The notes beneath the pieces were generated by a model, which saw only the letters and a program-made list of their open reading frames with translations, did no database searches and had not been told where the DNA came from. This document shows, in pieces, positions 35,501 to 49,585 of a stretch of 64,000 nucleotides of DNA (position 1 is its first letter; the number at the start of each line of letters is the position of its first letter). Origin of the DNA: Tubiluchus corallicola (lineage: Eukaryota; Animalia; Priapulida); NCBI GenBank assembly GCA_030141605.1, contig JAQGDQ010000428.1:124001-188000 (forward strand), given 5' to 3'. The position numbers were made by a program, and so were the translations under genes.

Positions 35501-38500
35501 AAGCATCCTGTCTATGCTGATGATATGACTAGTACATTTGGTCATAACAATATCCCACTTTGAAATGTTTTAGGTGCTTGAAAGAGATCTTGAATTAGTT
35601 TTCAATTTGGACTGATCGATCTGGTCGGGTCTAGTCTGCACTCAACTCTGCAATCTGTTGCTTATCGAAGATATTTTGCTACAGTATGCTTCTTTGCCGC
35701 TACTGTCACGGAAAAGCTTTCAAGATCTCTCCTAAATGCAGACAGTTTGCTCAAAGAACTTATTTTGCTGCTGTTTCTCATAAAGCTTCTTACTCACAAG
35801 TCTTTAAGCCACCCACAAGCCTTTTTAATTATATATATTTTCTAATAAAATATGGTTGCTTTGCCTTACTAACTTGCTTAGACAGTTATCAGTAATGCTT
35901 GATGCACCCTAGAGCGTATACTCACACTTTGCCACCTTCTTGCACTATCACAGGCTCTGCATCTAGGAAAGGAATGCATTTAAACTCCAGCAGTGCATGG
36001 TAGAGTGGATGTGTGAGAAAATCTCCTACCCACTTTGCAACCATTATAGCTACCATGATGGGCAATAAAAACTGCACATCGTTTGTGATTTCAATCTGTT
36101 GAACAAACAAAAAAACAAAGGTTATTTCTTTAAAAGATTTTCCATTTGTTACACAATCTCAGAAAATTTTTTTGCTTGCACAACACTAATGCAACGTGAT
36201 ATTACCATTATCACAGTAAGTGACATGGTGAGGCGTGACACACCACCAAAAAATGAAGCTCCACCAATCAAAGCAAAAGCACCAGGATCCATCCACGACC
36301 AATATGGGGAATCATTGACAGTGTGAATGCCAAACATTGATACCAAGCTCAAACCTACAATTCTTCCATACAGTCCACCTATAAATCTGAAACATAAAGA
36401 CATTAAATATTAATCATGGTAATACAGTCGAACAACAATTTCACCATCTGCTTTGCAAAGTTATTAACTATTTACTTACACACTTAATTGTAACTGATTA
36501 ATAATGAAGATTAAATCTAAACATTAATGTACATTAACTTTAATGTACTTCATTTTAAATTGTAATAAAGGTTACTACATCAACAAATTATGTTCAACTG
36601 CACATACACATTGGAAGCCATCAAATCAATTAATTTCACAATATTTAATTGTAAAAGCCTGTGCAGCCCAAACACTTACAGCATCGGCACTACTAAACCA
36701 CACGAAATAGCTGTGCCTGATACCCAGCAAGCTAACAAGAAGTACACCACCAACACAGAAACCAACGACACGTAGCCAAACTGCAAATGTGTGTTGCGTG
36801 AATAAAGATGTTGAATTCCAGCCTCTCCTGTACCAAACAAGAGAGTGGCGACTATAATTATAATACTATATAAACTGAAACATATAATTATAATACTATA
36901 TAAACTGTAACATATAGTTAGAATGTTCTGAAACTAAATATACTGATCATGTTCAAGATATCAATTATTTTATGACACAACTCACTATAAATAAAGCCAA
37001 ATATTTGTATAATTTTGAAAAAGTTCATGGAAATAATGATCTTTAATTAATTTTCAACTTCTGTAAATATTCAGGATTATAATTAATGTCGCAGTAAAAT
37101 TACATTTCATGTAATGATGCATCTCGCTTGTCACTAGATAAATTGTTTTATATGTTATGTTTTTGCTATATTACTTGGCTGCAGAAAATGCTGAATTTGT
37201 CATTAAACTATATATATATTTATAGTGCAAATATAAACTATATATATAGCCGTCAGTGCAAAAATTTTCACAATTTTCAACAGATGATGTCAACAAATGA
37301 CTGTTTACATGGATTTACTATAATAAACTGTATTTTGATTATAGCTATAAACTGTATAAAATAAATGTTCTACAAAAGCCTCTAATTGCCTACGAACTGC
37401 CCTTAATGTAACAGAATAAAACAATGTCATTAATTGAATTCTAGCCCCATATGAAACTTCCATGCTGGTCACAATGGTTTGAATGAAATTTAAATGGAAG
37501 AAATGCAAATGGCAGAAATTTTATCAGTTAACAATAATCTGTCTCAATCTTTATAAGTACTAATGTAATAGTAACATCTTGCAGGAGATATTTAATACAA
37601 CAATCAAGTTTAATCCAAGCCTAATACATTAGAGTTAAAACAGTTAACACATAAATTTTGTTTAGCATTTAGCCATTGTAATTATCGACAATTAACTTTT
37701 CTGTATATTTTACATAATTCCCACCTTCACTATATGTCCCATTGGTAAATTCAGTTCCGTTTTTCACAACTGTAGTTCCTACTGGACAAGTGTAGTTTAA
37801 AATTGTATCTTCTGTGTGTACAGGATAATTTGTATTGTTCAAACATTCCTGGCTGCAAATTTAAGAAAGAGTGAGTTTGTTGCAAATGCATCTCTAAATC
37901 AACCAAGAAATCTTCCGTTTTAAATTTGTTACAAAAACATTTACATTAACACTCATAACTAGCAGAGTAGAGCTTTTTAAGAACTTAAAATAAGAACAAA
38001 ATAATCAGTTCAACACTTCTGCAAACAGGTTGTAGTAACAGCCACAAATTTAAAAATTAATCTTGCCTTTTAAACACAGTGAACAGCATTACTAGAAAGT
38101 TAGACAGCTTGCATGATGTCAATAACAATAAAAAAATCAAGAGTATGCTGTATCAGCATTTGGGGAGTGAAGCTTTTACAAGGTAGCATAATATAACAAA
38201 AAGACACATAATTTTAACTATGTCAATGGAATTACCTGAAGTAGTCTCCTTTGAAATAGCAAACAAAGTTTGAACAAGGAAATGCAGCTGGCAGCATTAC
38301 GCTTGCAGAAGCCATAACCACCTGAAAAAACAATGGTTGTAATTTCAAAATAATTATTATATTATGTAACACAATGAAAACATTTCACAAAACAACTTCA
38401 TTAGTTTTTATAAGAAAAATTCTCTTTTTAACAAAACATATTTTTAGAAATGAGAGCACAACAATTATCTTTTGAACTTGAAACTAGGATTCAATGTAAA

Positions 38501-41500
38501 GCACAATCCCATTAGTATATCACTAATCTGTGCATCATTTGCATACAGACTATCCAGTGCTCCATAATGTAGTCATTATCATTTATGACTTTACAAACAG
38601 TTTGTAAAATTAGTTTATCATGGAACCAGGATTACAAAATACAAAAGTCTATCAATGTTCAGGCAAAGGCATTTTTGGAATAAGGTATCTTTTTATCTTG
38701 TGTAGTCCAGTCAGACCATGGGAGATAGCTCCATAGTAAAGAAATAATTAGGGCAATGCAAAAAAGTGTTTAAAATGAGGTAAATCGTGTACACATTATT
38801 ATATCTACCATTAAAACAATTTTAGAGCTCACCATTGCTAAAATAGGTTCTATTAACTTGCACATTTTCTGCATATGTGGAGAGGATATGAGGGAGAGTA
38901 ACTTTCTTCTTATTCTAGCAAGCTTAAGAACTGAAAATGTAAAACCAGCACCAAGGATTCCTCCAATGACTCCTATGACTACAGTGGGCAAAAATGCCAA
39001 AATGTTTACTGCTAAACCATCAGTCACCTAGAAAAACAGTATATTAGTATATATTTTAACATGCACATCACAGAAACAGTCAGGCTTACATGACTTTTAC
39101 AGTGCTTGCCTTTTCAAGTGTGAGCTCGTGTCTCATCATGCCCTGTATTTTGAATATAGTGTGCCCCTACTTGTCAAAGTCACTAACAAAACACCAATTT
39201 CTGCTGATTTTCAGAGTCACTCGAGAGGCGACATAGAAATCCACTGTTTGGAAACTAAATAAGTAAAAACCTCTAACTAATAAATGATTCAGTAAACAAG
39301 CAAAAAATGCAGTTTTTATTTCAAATCATCTACTTTCCCTTGAGGCATTTTTCCATTCCTTTATGCCAGCACACTACCATTATCGGCAACAGAATGAGGC
39401 GTGCATTCTTATTGGGCAATCTGCAACATCTTAGCCAATCATCTTGCTACTCACATACTAACCCCTATGATACTATTTCACTTGTGCTTGGTCACTGATC
39501 AGCACTTCGTGGTTTCACGGCAGATGCAAAATTATATATACGTACTTACTAAGTACTTATAACCTTACAGGTAATGTAATTGTACAATGCTAGTCCAATA
39601 ATCTGTTATTGTTGAAATTATAATATAATCTACTGTAATTGCATTAAAACTTGGCAAACACTTTCACTAATTAAACTAGGAATTGGTAAACCAGTACAGT
39701 AATTATTATTCCAGTGATTCAGTTATTATGTCTATAAGGATAAGAAAAATTGCTTAAAAGAGTACTAACAGTTCTCCTCAAAAATTTAATTGGAGTTTTT
39801 TATAGTTCTCCTGGATTTTGAAGACAAGAACTGTTTTTACAATTGCTACATGTGCATTATAAACACACGTAAAATATAAAAATGAGTTTAAAATTACTAG
39901 TTGTTACACACCTGAAACAAAATGTACTTTTCTGATTTGAACAACCCAAAGCTGCCCATATATCTAAAACCGGAAAAAGCAGAATTGAACAAATCCGTAG
40001 TCACTGTAGACACCATACAGCAGAAAAATGTCTGCCAGGAGAGTTTCATGTTCCAAAAGGATGAGACTTCTTCCATAGCAAACAGAAGACCACCCACTGG
40101 AGCACCAAATGCAGATGATACGCCAGCAGCTGCACCTGCTGATATAAAATTCCTCCTAAAACATAAAAGAAACGAGATTTAACATTTAACACTCAGTATT
40201 CAAGATTCTGGTTGGATAATAAACTATGTTACGAGAGAATAATAATACCTGCCATTTTATTATTAAGTTGTTTTATTAAAATTTAGTTTTCTTATTAATA
40301 TTTTGTGTTCCAATATCACAACTAATTTTCCAAACAGGCATGCTAGAAAAGTAAAAAATACAACCATAATAAGTATGACTACCTTAAAGTAAATAAATGT
40401 AAAATCATGTACAATAAGTAATCACCAGTAACGAAAAGTATTCAAATGTTGTTAGTTATGGTTTTGTTGTTATTAACAATCAAAATTCAGCAATAGTAAT
40501 GTCTGCAACAACTACATTGCAAAACTGTTGCACTTAGTCTTTGAACAAACACAACATAGAGTCATATATTAGCCATTTGTACTGTTAAGGAAAACACAGA
40601 TTAACTAACTTAACTAACAATAACATACCTGTCTTCAGAATTCCGAAATCTTGAGAAAAAGGGAAGATGCAGATTCAAAGTTTCAGATCTGAATTGACTG
40701 AGGCCAGCTCCAATCAAACCACTACGGATAACAAATAAACCAAAAATAAAATAGTGAACATTAAGAAAACTGAAAATTAAATCAAAACTCACATATTCTG
40801 TGCTGATATGGTGAAACATTGATTTACAGTTATGTGTCTCATAACACTAAGAGAGAAAATACTGTTTTCTCACCCAAGATGTATCATTGGCCCTTCTGGT
40901 CCAACTGGCAGTCCACTTGCAACAGCGAAACAGCAAGAAAAGAATTTGACTAGCATCGTTTTTAAATTAAATACATGTCTGACAATTGTGCCATTTAAGA
41001 AGCCAATTAACTCTGGTATCCCTGAACCTGCAGCACTAGGCCTCCAAAACTAAAACAGTAACCATGTTAGTTTGCTATCATTATTACAATATAGCAGATT
41101 TTAAATGTATCAACAACACTTAAGCTATATTGATAAGCTAAATAAAGTCTCTACTCAACGGCAGCTCGTGGGACTACAGCACCCCATATTTTCACTCAAT
41201 ATAATAAATCTTTTTTCTTTAGTTCTTGCTTTATACTTGTACATAACCAGAGCATGTGAGGGTAGTACCGTTTGCTTATACAGTGCGCTCCAGCAATGCG
41301 GTGTTTGGCTGTTGTGCGCATGCGGCCATGCGCACATGTCTAAGCCAAGATAGAGAAAGTATTGTCACCCACACAGTTTGTTATTAGTTGTCACGTGCTT
41401 ACAGTGAACGGATCAAGCTTGAACTGCGACAATTTAGGCTATTACTAAGCAAAAAATATTTTTTTATTTAGGATTTTATCGTAAAATCACAACTTTCATA

Positions 41501-43377
41501 TGTTTGTTTGTTTAAACTTGCAATTACAAATTATAACACTAAAGTTACATATGTTCATTTTGTTTTACACAATATTAAAACAGTGGCTAAAATTTTCTGA
41601 AGCAAAAGCCCCCAATAATTTCAGCTATGAGCCACCAATGTCCCTACTGCTTTGTTGAGTGTGTTGTGTTAAAATAAATATAAAATTTGGACAAGTACAA
41701 GGAGTGACAAGGAAGCCTAAAACAAAAAACTTATTAATTTACGCTATTTAACAATTTGATAAATGGCTCACAAATTAAATAACACATGCGCATTAAGATT
41801 ACGAAAACACAAAAAGGTGCTTTTAATGTACAGTTTTTAAGTACTAACCACAACAGCCACAGAGCTGAAGAACACCAACACACAGCTGTAACCAAGTACC
41901 CAGCCCCAAGCTTTCACGTAATTAGCATCTTGCAAAAATTCTGTGGCCTTGTCCCACTTGAACGAAACGATAACGTCGATTAATTGATGAAGCAAAAATC
42001 CCACCATGCCAATTGTGAAGCCAATCATTCCCATCATAATCCATCTGTCCCATTCCAAACTAAAAAGATATTTCAAAAATTTTAGCTTTTAAAAGTTAAA
42101 ATCAAGCATTAAAAACTACCCAAATACACCTAGATGAAAAAATGTATCGTGGCCTAATCCTGGCAAATGAATTGCTTAGTTTGATCAAAATGACTAAATT
42201 ATGATTATAATATTAATCACATGCAACTCAATTATGAAATACTTTTAAAACTTAACTTGTAAAATTCAACTATATTAAGTTGTTCACCATTCCATAAAAT
42301 TTGCCCTTAAGCCGTTGTGGAAACACAATATCTCCAAGATATTTTTTGCATCCATTTTTTTTAAATTACTACATGACAGTAGCCAGTTCAAAAGAGATAC
42401 TAAAGCATATATGTACTGCGCAGATGTTTGCAGAGTAGCACAGTACATTTTTAATAAATGCCCAAAAAATTTCCAAGGTTGATGATAGCATCTCTGCATT
42501 ATATCTGAAATTTAATGGTAGTTCAAAAATACTAGAAAAAATGAAAGTCTGTTAACCGTTTAATAATGCTGAACAGCAAAATGCAAGGCTCGTGTGTTTT
42601 TATAGACTCACCGAGCAGGTTGACGAAGAATCCAATTTTTATAAACTTGGCTATGTGGAGGCAGATAATCAAGACTATCATACAAGCTCAGTGCTTGTCT
42701 TTCTTTTGCAGTGTATTTATGATTAACATAAGCACTTTCAAAATCTCTTCCCTAAAAACACGTAAAAACACATTATTGTTTTATGATAATGACAGTGTAT
42801 GAAACATAATAATTTATTACAGTATGAAGTAACAATTTTCATATCACCAGGTACTGAATGTCACTATATTGTACTGAATGTGATTATAATAAAAACTTCA
42901 AACACAAATGTCAAATACAAATTGTATTACCAGATTAAAATCTTATTTAATGCTAAAATGTTCTTGTAGCAGCAAACCAAATTGATTTTCATTTAAGTAA
43001 GGTGAGTGTGTTAATGATCGTATGGTTGCACATTCACCACGCATTACTCAAATTATTTTATTTTAAATTTACTGACGTGTTTGATATTGTATTTTTTGAT
43101 GTGTGAAATAAAAATTCATAATTTCATAGTTTTTTGCTTTGATTTGCTAATGGTGCCCAAATGTTTTAAACTTTTCTAAAACATTAACGTTTTGAAACAG
43201 GAGTTACAGAAATGCTGAGTCACATTTTACCTGTGCAAAGAATTTATATTTATCATCATCAGGATGATGGAACAGATCATCAATTTCGTTCTCACTCATG
43301 ACGTTAAGAGGCACGGCAGAATTTGAAAACTGGCGTCTCTTCAGTGACGTTTCTTCCAACTGCGTATCACCAAACAT
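32558..43377 (-). CDS. CLC family Cl-/H+ transporter, CLC-6/7 branch (ClC-C/D-like), with two CBS domains, ~853 aa
   Basis: Exons 43377-43231, 42751-42612, 42059-41849, 41049-40874 (GSGIPE, GPEGPMIHLG), 40721-40629, 40155-39912 (AFGAPVGGLLFAMEE), 39027-38833, 38321-38236, 37852-37725, 36851-36680 (GLVVP), 36386-36206 (FFGGVSRLTMSLTVIM), 36095-35926 (HPLY), 34916-34740 (CBS1 HGGFPVV), 34084-33985, 33055-32960, 32803-32558 (CBS2 FRTLGLRHLVVV..GVITRKDL). 2562 nt in frame, GT-AG. An acceptor just upstream of the ATG implies a 5' UTR exon. Confidence 0.93.
34275..34545. repeat. Degenerate pentanucleotide microsatellite (TAACA/TAAGA)n
   Basis: Visible 5-bp periodicity; explains the spurious LCYVT ORF. 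Confidence 0.9.
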
Positions 43378-43489
43378 TATCTCTGCTCAAAAAACATTGT
43401 CAATAAGTATTACATTCTTGCAGAGTAATGAGTTTATTAGTCAAACCTCCAGAAAAATTTTTACACATAAACCTGCAACAACAAACACA

Positions 43490-43800
43490 TGACTCACACA
43501 ACACAACCCACACTGCCCATACGACATCACCTACACCTACCACCCATACCACATCACACACCTGCCACTCTATACCAATACCAATCACACCACCCACAGT
43601 ACACTACAACAAACTATAACCCACACTGCCCATACCACATCACCTACACCCCACCACTCATACCACATCACACACCTGCCACTCTATACCAATACCAATC
43701 ACACCACCCACAGTACACTACAACAAACTACCTACACTACACCACAGCACAGAGTTACACCCATCATTTCACACCACAACTACCACACCATCCATACCAT
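43490..43800. repeat. CA-rich low-complexity region containing a ~114-bp tandem duplication
   Basis: cacactgcccatac..cataccacatcacacacctgccactctataccaataccaatcacaccacccacagtacactacaacaaacta occurs twice. Confidence 0.85.
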
Positions 43801-43854
43801 GTGCTGCCATTGTTGCCAATGGTGATGATGATTGCAACAAATATGACGGTGAAG

Positions 43855-44245
43855 CAGCAGTGGCAACAACAACGACGATGACAACAACAACAGTAGCAGC
43901 ACCTTCAACAACAAAAACAACAACAACAACAATAACAGCAGAAGTAGCTGCAGATACAGCAGCAACAGCACCAACATCGATGACAATGACAATGATGGTG
44001 GTAATGGCAGGAACAGCAGTAGCAACAACGACAATAACAACAATGGCAACAACAGGAACAACAACAACAACAACAACAACAATAACAGCAGAAGTAACAG
44101 CAGATACAGCAGCAGCAGCACCAACATCGATGACAATGACAATGATGGTGGTAATGGCAGCAACAGCAGTAGCAACAACGACAATAACAACAATGGCAAC
44201 AACAGGAACAACAGCAGAAACAATAACAATCTACAATAACAAAAT
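43855..44245. repeat. (CAA/CAG)n-rich trinucleotide region with an internal duplication of ~150 bp
   Basis: acaacaataacagcagaagta..gcagatacagcagc..ccaacatcgatgacaatgacaatgatggtggtaatggcag.. occurs twice; gives poly-T and poly-L ORFs. Confidence 0.9.
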
Positions 44246-47245
44246 GATTGGCTCGTAGATGAAATTAAAATTAGCATACTGAAAAAATGTGCAAACATTC
44301 CACACAGTACCTTGTTCATTTTTTTATCAACCCCTATGGGACTGGGAGAAACGAGTCGTATGATATATCAATGTTCAGTAGTTTCAGAGGTATCTTGTAT
44401 ACATAAATTCCTTAATATAGCTAAAAAATAAATAGTACAAGGCAATTTTTATGTATTACATAATTACGTGTCCATTTAACAGCTTTTTATGCAGTGAACA
44501 CATCATTAGTAATTTGGCTGATGTAGCCATAACCATTTATACTTTTGAACATTGACAGCACATGTGAAATTACAGACCAATAGTAATTACTTTTACCACA
44601 TCCGGGCTTGCTAGTAAAGTATGAATCTACTTTTGCTGTTGAATTTACTTGTGAACCATTAGTCACAAATCTATCCTTGAATCATCAAGGTTATCATGGA
44701 CCAGAAGACTGGAGGCAGTTCTAACACATGAATCCAACTCGCTCGATGAAATGAAACGATACCAAAGACAATGCATAGTTTTACGTTAAGCTTTTATTGC
44801 CACGAAACAACTACTCCGTGACGCCAATAACGGAATTACACGTCTCCGATTGATTGCGCTGTATTTATACACACAATCTCTATAATCTTACATCACAAAT
44901 AATAAGTTTACTATTAAAATGATAATAAGATTGACATCGAAATGCTCGTGGTAGATTCAGTGCACTTGCTCCGCTCTTTGCAATTTCTACTCCAAAGTGA
45001 AGTAATGTGACTCCACATAAGGATAATCTAACCGAAAAAATGTATCACATCATCCGCAATTTTGGAACATTTGCACGAACCCAAAATTAATGATCCCAGT
45101 TATTTAAACGGAATTTAAACCAAAGATCTGTAATAAATCGGTCTCGGTCACAGTTGCACTTACAGGACGGTAAAATTGTCAACCTAGTGTCAAGTGATCA
45201 TTCAGATAATCTCACAAGAGTAAGACTTGCAAATTCAGCAAGGTTAGCCATTAGAATGGTCACATTTAACTCAATGCAATTTACTGAGTTTTAGTCAAAC
45301 CAATGGAAAAACAAATTCAGGAGTTGATGTTTTTTCACATCTCGCAAAGAGCAAAGAAATTTTCAAGAGACTCACAAATCAATTCACGGCAAAAGGCTTA
45401 AATTCGTTTAACGAAGAGAGTGTAGATAAAAGATACTGCATTATATAAGGCAACCCTAAATTCTATTAGTGACACTAATTGCTTACTAGATTTGGAAACT
45501 GATAGCCAAATAAGCCAATAAATTCAATAATCTGCCTCAAAATTCTAAGTTGTTTTAAAATAGTGAATTTGGACTGTGCCAAAAAGTCAACTGTCTACAC
45601 AAGGAATACTTTAGGTTATTTTCATAGACTGCTGGTCAACATTCACTCTTATTAGCACAGTAAACCAATCAATGATCAAGCCACATGTGATCAAAGAGAA
45701 ATCATAATCACTGTGTTAACATGAACAGTATATTTAATCGCCATTGCTATACCAGTAATAACAAGGTTCTACAAATAAAGGTAGGAAAATAAAAACTTGC
45801 TAATAATTTTGAAGAAAATTGAATATATTTGCACTTTTCGGTGAATCTTATTAAACCATGCAAAACTAAATAAATGGACTAAAAGCAAAGATGTCTTAAA
45901 TTCAGTTTTTTGCTTGGATTGATGATATTAAAATTTTGTTAATTATGAACTAAGGCTTCTAAATTGGCTGATATTGCTTCAGGGTCAAAACACCAAACTC
46001 AGCTGAGGGACTTTCCTCTGGTTTCCAGGACCGAATAGCTTTGCCGCTTTTCAACATTACAGTATACAGGATTTCTTTTACTCGCCCAGACTCCTTAGTT
46101 AAGACTATTGCTTTTTGGACAACCTGACAGGCGTTCAGCAATTAGCACTACACTTTTTTGCAATTTAACGCACTCAGGCGGTAGATACGGCCGTTCAGTA
46201 TCTTACATTAAAACTTACACCGAAATAGGAGAGACCCGAACATCCAAAAACTAAAAGGAACATTAAATTTTGGGAAGACCATCATTTTCGGCATTAATTT
46301 TCGCAGTTGTATTATTTTTTGAAGCACTTATCAAAGCAATGACAGAAATCTTTCTGTCATGCAGTTTGTCCCAAAGTATATAAAAGCAAAGTAGGGAAAC
46401 TACTGTGCAGCATTTCGCGTAGTTAGTATCGCCCTATCGGCACAGCAGTACGGACTGTTGTTGTCAGGTACGCTATAACGTAAGCCAGTAGCATATGAAT
46501 TGATGAGACTAACAAAGCAAGGCCGGTTAACAGGTGCTCATAAATTGCTCAGCAGTGAGTTGCGAAAACACAAATAAAAATATCTTTTTAAATTTCGCAA
46601 GGATGCAGCCAGGTAATTATAATAAAATGTTAATTATAACACAGTTTTGTAACTTTTGTTGCAAGTTAAATATCTTGTACACTAAGCAAAGACTGCAAGG
46701 CCTACATCTCTCTTTGGCGATTTATATCAGCTGTTATATTTTTGAATATTATTTAAAGCAAGCATAAGGCATTAAGAATAATTAGTAGTTAAAATAAAAA
46801 CTATTATAATCATATCACATGAAAATTAATAGGCTTATTTACAAAAAAAGTTAAGACAGTTTGCGTCACTTCCCTTCATCTTTTTTACACGTTGGTTTGT
46901 CCAGTCAGATAAATCAAGTCAATTGTCGGTTTTCGAACTAACCAAAGATTGACGTAATCTGATAAGTGTTCTGTATCACTGTTCACTAGAGGATATATAT
47001 ATATATATAGCATCGAATATCCTACAGAAAATTGATAGGCATTAAATAGCTGGACAGTATATCCAATGATGATCCATATGATGTGATGAAGAAAAACCGC
47101 TAGATTGGAATAAACAAATTGAAGTAAAAAATTGCACGGATTGGGAATTGCATTAAAACTACCTCAAGACTCTCTCCTCCTATAACATTATGTAAAGCTC
47201 TTGAAATGACTGAAAATCTAAGAGGGGGTCAACTACTGATACTGT

Positions 47246-47276
<31 letters not shown>

Positions 47277-49494
47277 CTGGACTGGCAGCAAACAGATAGG
47301 AGTGTGTAGTATGAACAGGAGGAGCGTGCCATGTTTCACAACATACCAGGTAAAAGTGTGCAAATGATGATAATAATGATGATGAACATTGAACGTTTGA
47401 AACGAGCAAGTCTGTTTGTGGCCACCTTAACAGTCACCTTTGATTTCTCAGTGAAATAATGTCTTTAGACCTTTTTAATTAGTAAGAATGAATTCCTTGA
47501 CCACTAAGAAATTTTAAAAAACCCAATAATTAAAACTACTAAAATCATCATCATAATGTGCAGCAGAAGGTGTGATAAGGCCAACAAATATGTAGCCTAC
47601 TATATGAACAACCGTATTTGCGGGTATCTTAGCCGCCATCTTGAATTCAAAATACGATAATATATTTGAATTTTTAAGCATCAGATATGGATTTCTTGAC
47701 TTTGAAATCCTATGTTTAATCAACAAAAGCATCATCCTTCTTACTCTAATGGCCAAGATATCATGGTTTTATCAGCTAGCAGCACCATATCTTGTCGGCC
47801 CATTTTGAAGATAGCAGGAGGCCCATGTTAGTAGATTCTAACATTCTACAAAGTTTCGTGTTTTTAAAGCAAACTGTGCGAGTTTTCATCTTCCTGTTGA
47901 GCTGTCATCTTGCACTATCCTGCCAGAGAGTGCAACTGCTTTATAGAAAGTCTACTTGTGTTGCTACCTGCAGTGATTGTAACTAAACAGTTCGAATAGT
48001 TTGATCCATCAGTTAAAATTCCCGCAAAACTTTAGCCATGGACAGGACAAATTACAACAAAAATTTACTGTACACTTTACAAAAGAAGATGGTGGTAAAA
48101 AAGAATGGTGGAGAAGAGAAGAGAAACTTCTGAAAGTAACCAATTGCACTAATGCCTAATTGACCGACTGTCTGGCTAACTGACTGATCATTCTTTTTTG
48201 CAGGATAATTCCGGGTGAGCATACATATAAACCACAGAATATGACATTTGCTAGTGCGAATATAAAAATATCTGATGCAAGCAAGAGAAAACTTGAATAG
48301 ATAAACGCAAAACATTTTATCGATCTGGTTATTGTCGTTTTTACTGTGGTGCGATTCTTATACAATAAACTGTGGATAATTTGCGCTTGTAAAAAAGATT
48401 AGGCTGTATTTGTACGCCAGGCTTAGTGCGTATGTTGGTTTAATTTTGTTTTGCTCTAGTGATGCGCAGGTAGAAATGATTAGGCTGTGTGGTGTGGTGT
48501 GGGATTTTAACTTGAAGAAAGCTGGGCATTTTTAACAATAACATCAAGAAAAAAATGATAGGCTCGTATTGTCATATCTTTGTAGCAGACAGATCAAATG
48601 GTAGCTTGAAATTGCATTTTCTGTAGCCAGAGGATGTATACATAATGGGTACACATGGTTGGGACACCGTAGCCGGTTCAGTGGTTCATCTTAAAAGGAT
48701 TTTGATGATTATAATGAGCAGGGTCCGAGCGGGTAATGCCACAAGCATTTCGTTGGTAAAGCCCTGCCCTTGATTTCGGCTTGTAGTGTGTGATGTATAA
48801 AGACATTATAATAGCTTTTATTTTACACATTGAAAGTACCAAAAATATAAATGAAATAATAACAAAATGCAGCAATAAACATTTGAACGATAACTTTTGT
48901 AGCCTTTGCTTCATAGAATTACTTTGTAGAAAGAAATATTTCAAGTTTTTGTTTGTAGAGCCGAACGTGAAGCAGATGACCCAGATGATTATATCTTTGT
49001 CATCCATGTTGTTAGAGGACATTATAGCGATATAAATTTATTATGATTTTTAATCAGCTTTACTTTCCCAATTCGAAATTGTTAAAACCAGTAGTACGAA
49101 CTTTTCAAATGGATAACAAATGTCTAAATAATGCGCATAGACTAAATATGTATAACTAATAATTTATTGTTACCTTTGTAGTTCTTCAGTTTTGACTTTT
49201 ATTTTGACTAGAAATCGGTGGGTTTTTGCAGATTGTAAATCACCTCTTCCTTTCAATTTTTAAATTAATCACGCGAAATATTTTGGCAACCAGTCAATTT
49301 TCTTCATTCGGGACATTTCTTTTAATCGTGACATGCTGTTAACTATCACTTTCCTAAAAGATTTGCGACATTATAACTACAGCTGCAAAAGTCCTGCTTG
49401 GATGAAATCGGCCAAAATAACGTTGACGAAGTGCAAACAACAGAAAGCAATTCCACGATTCCAGTAAAGACATTACAAAAAAAACGTAAAAACT

Positions 49495-49585
49495 CTATCA
49501 TCTAGTGTTGTAAACTCTATTTCACTGAGTTTATCAAGTGTGGTAAACTCTGTTTCACGAAGTTTATCAAGTGCTGTAACAGCTG
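49495..49585. repeat. 33-bp minisatellite, ~2.5 copies
   Basis: gtaaactct(a/g)tttcac(tg/ga)agtttatcaagtg repeated. Confidence 0.75.

Noticed and set aside
41389-41399. GTCACGTG CLEAR/E-box-like motif
   Set aside because: A single intronic 8-mer, expected by chance and not at a mapped promoter.
43400-44319. Long poly-Leu, poly-Thr and His/Pro ORFs (130-179 aa)
   Set aside because: They are translations of CAA/CAG and CA-rich simple repeats, with no splice or domain support.
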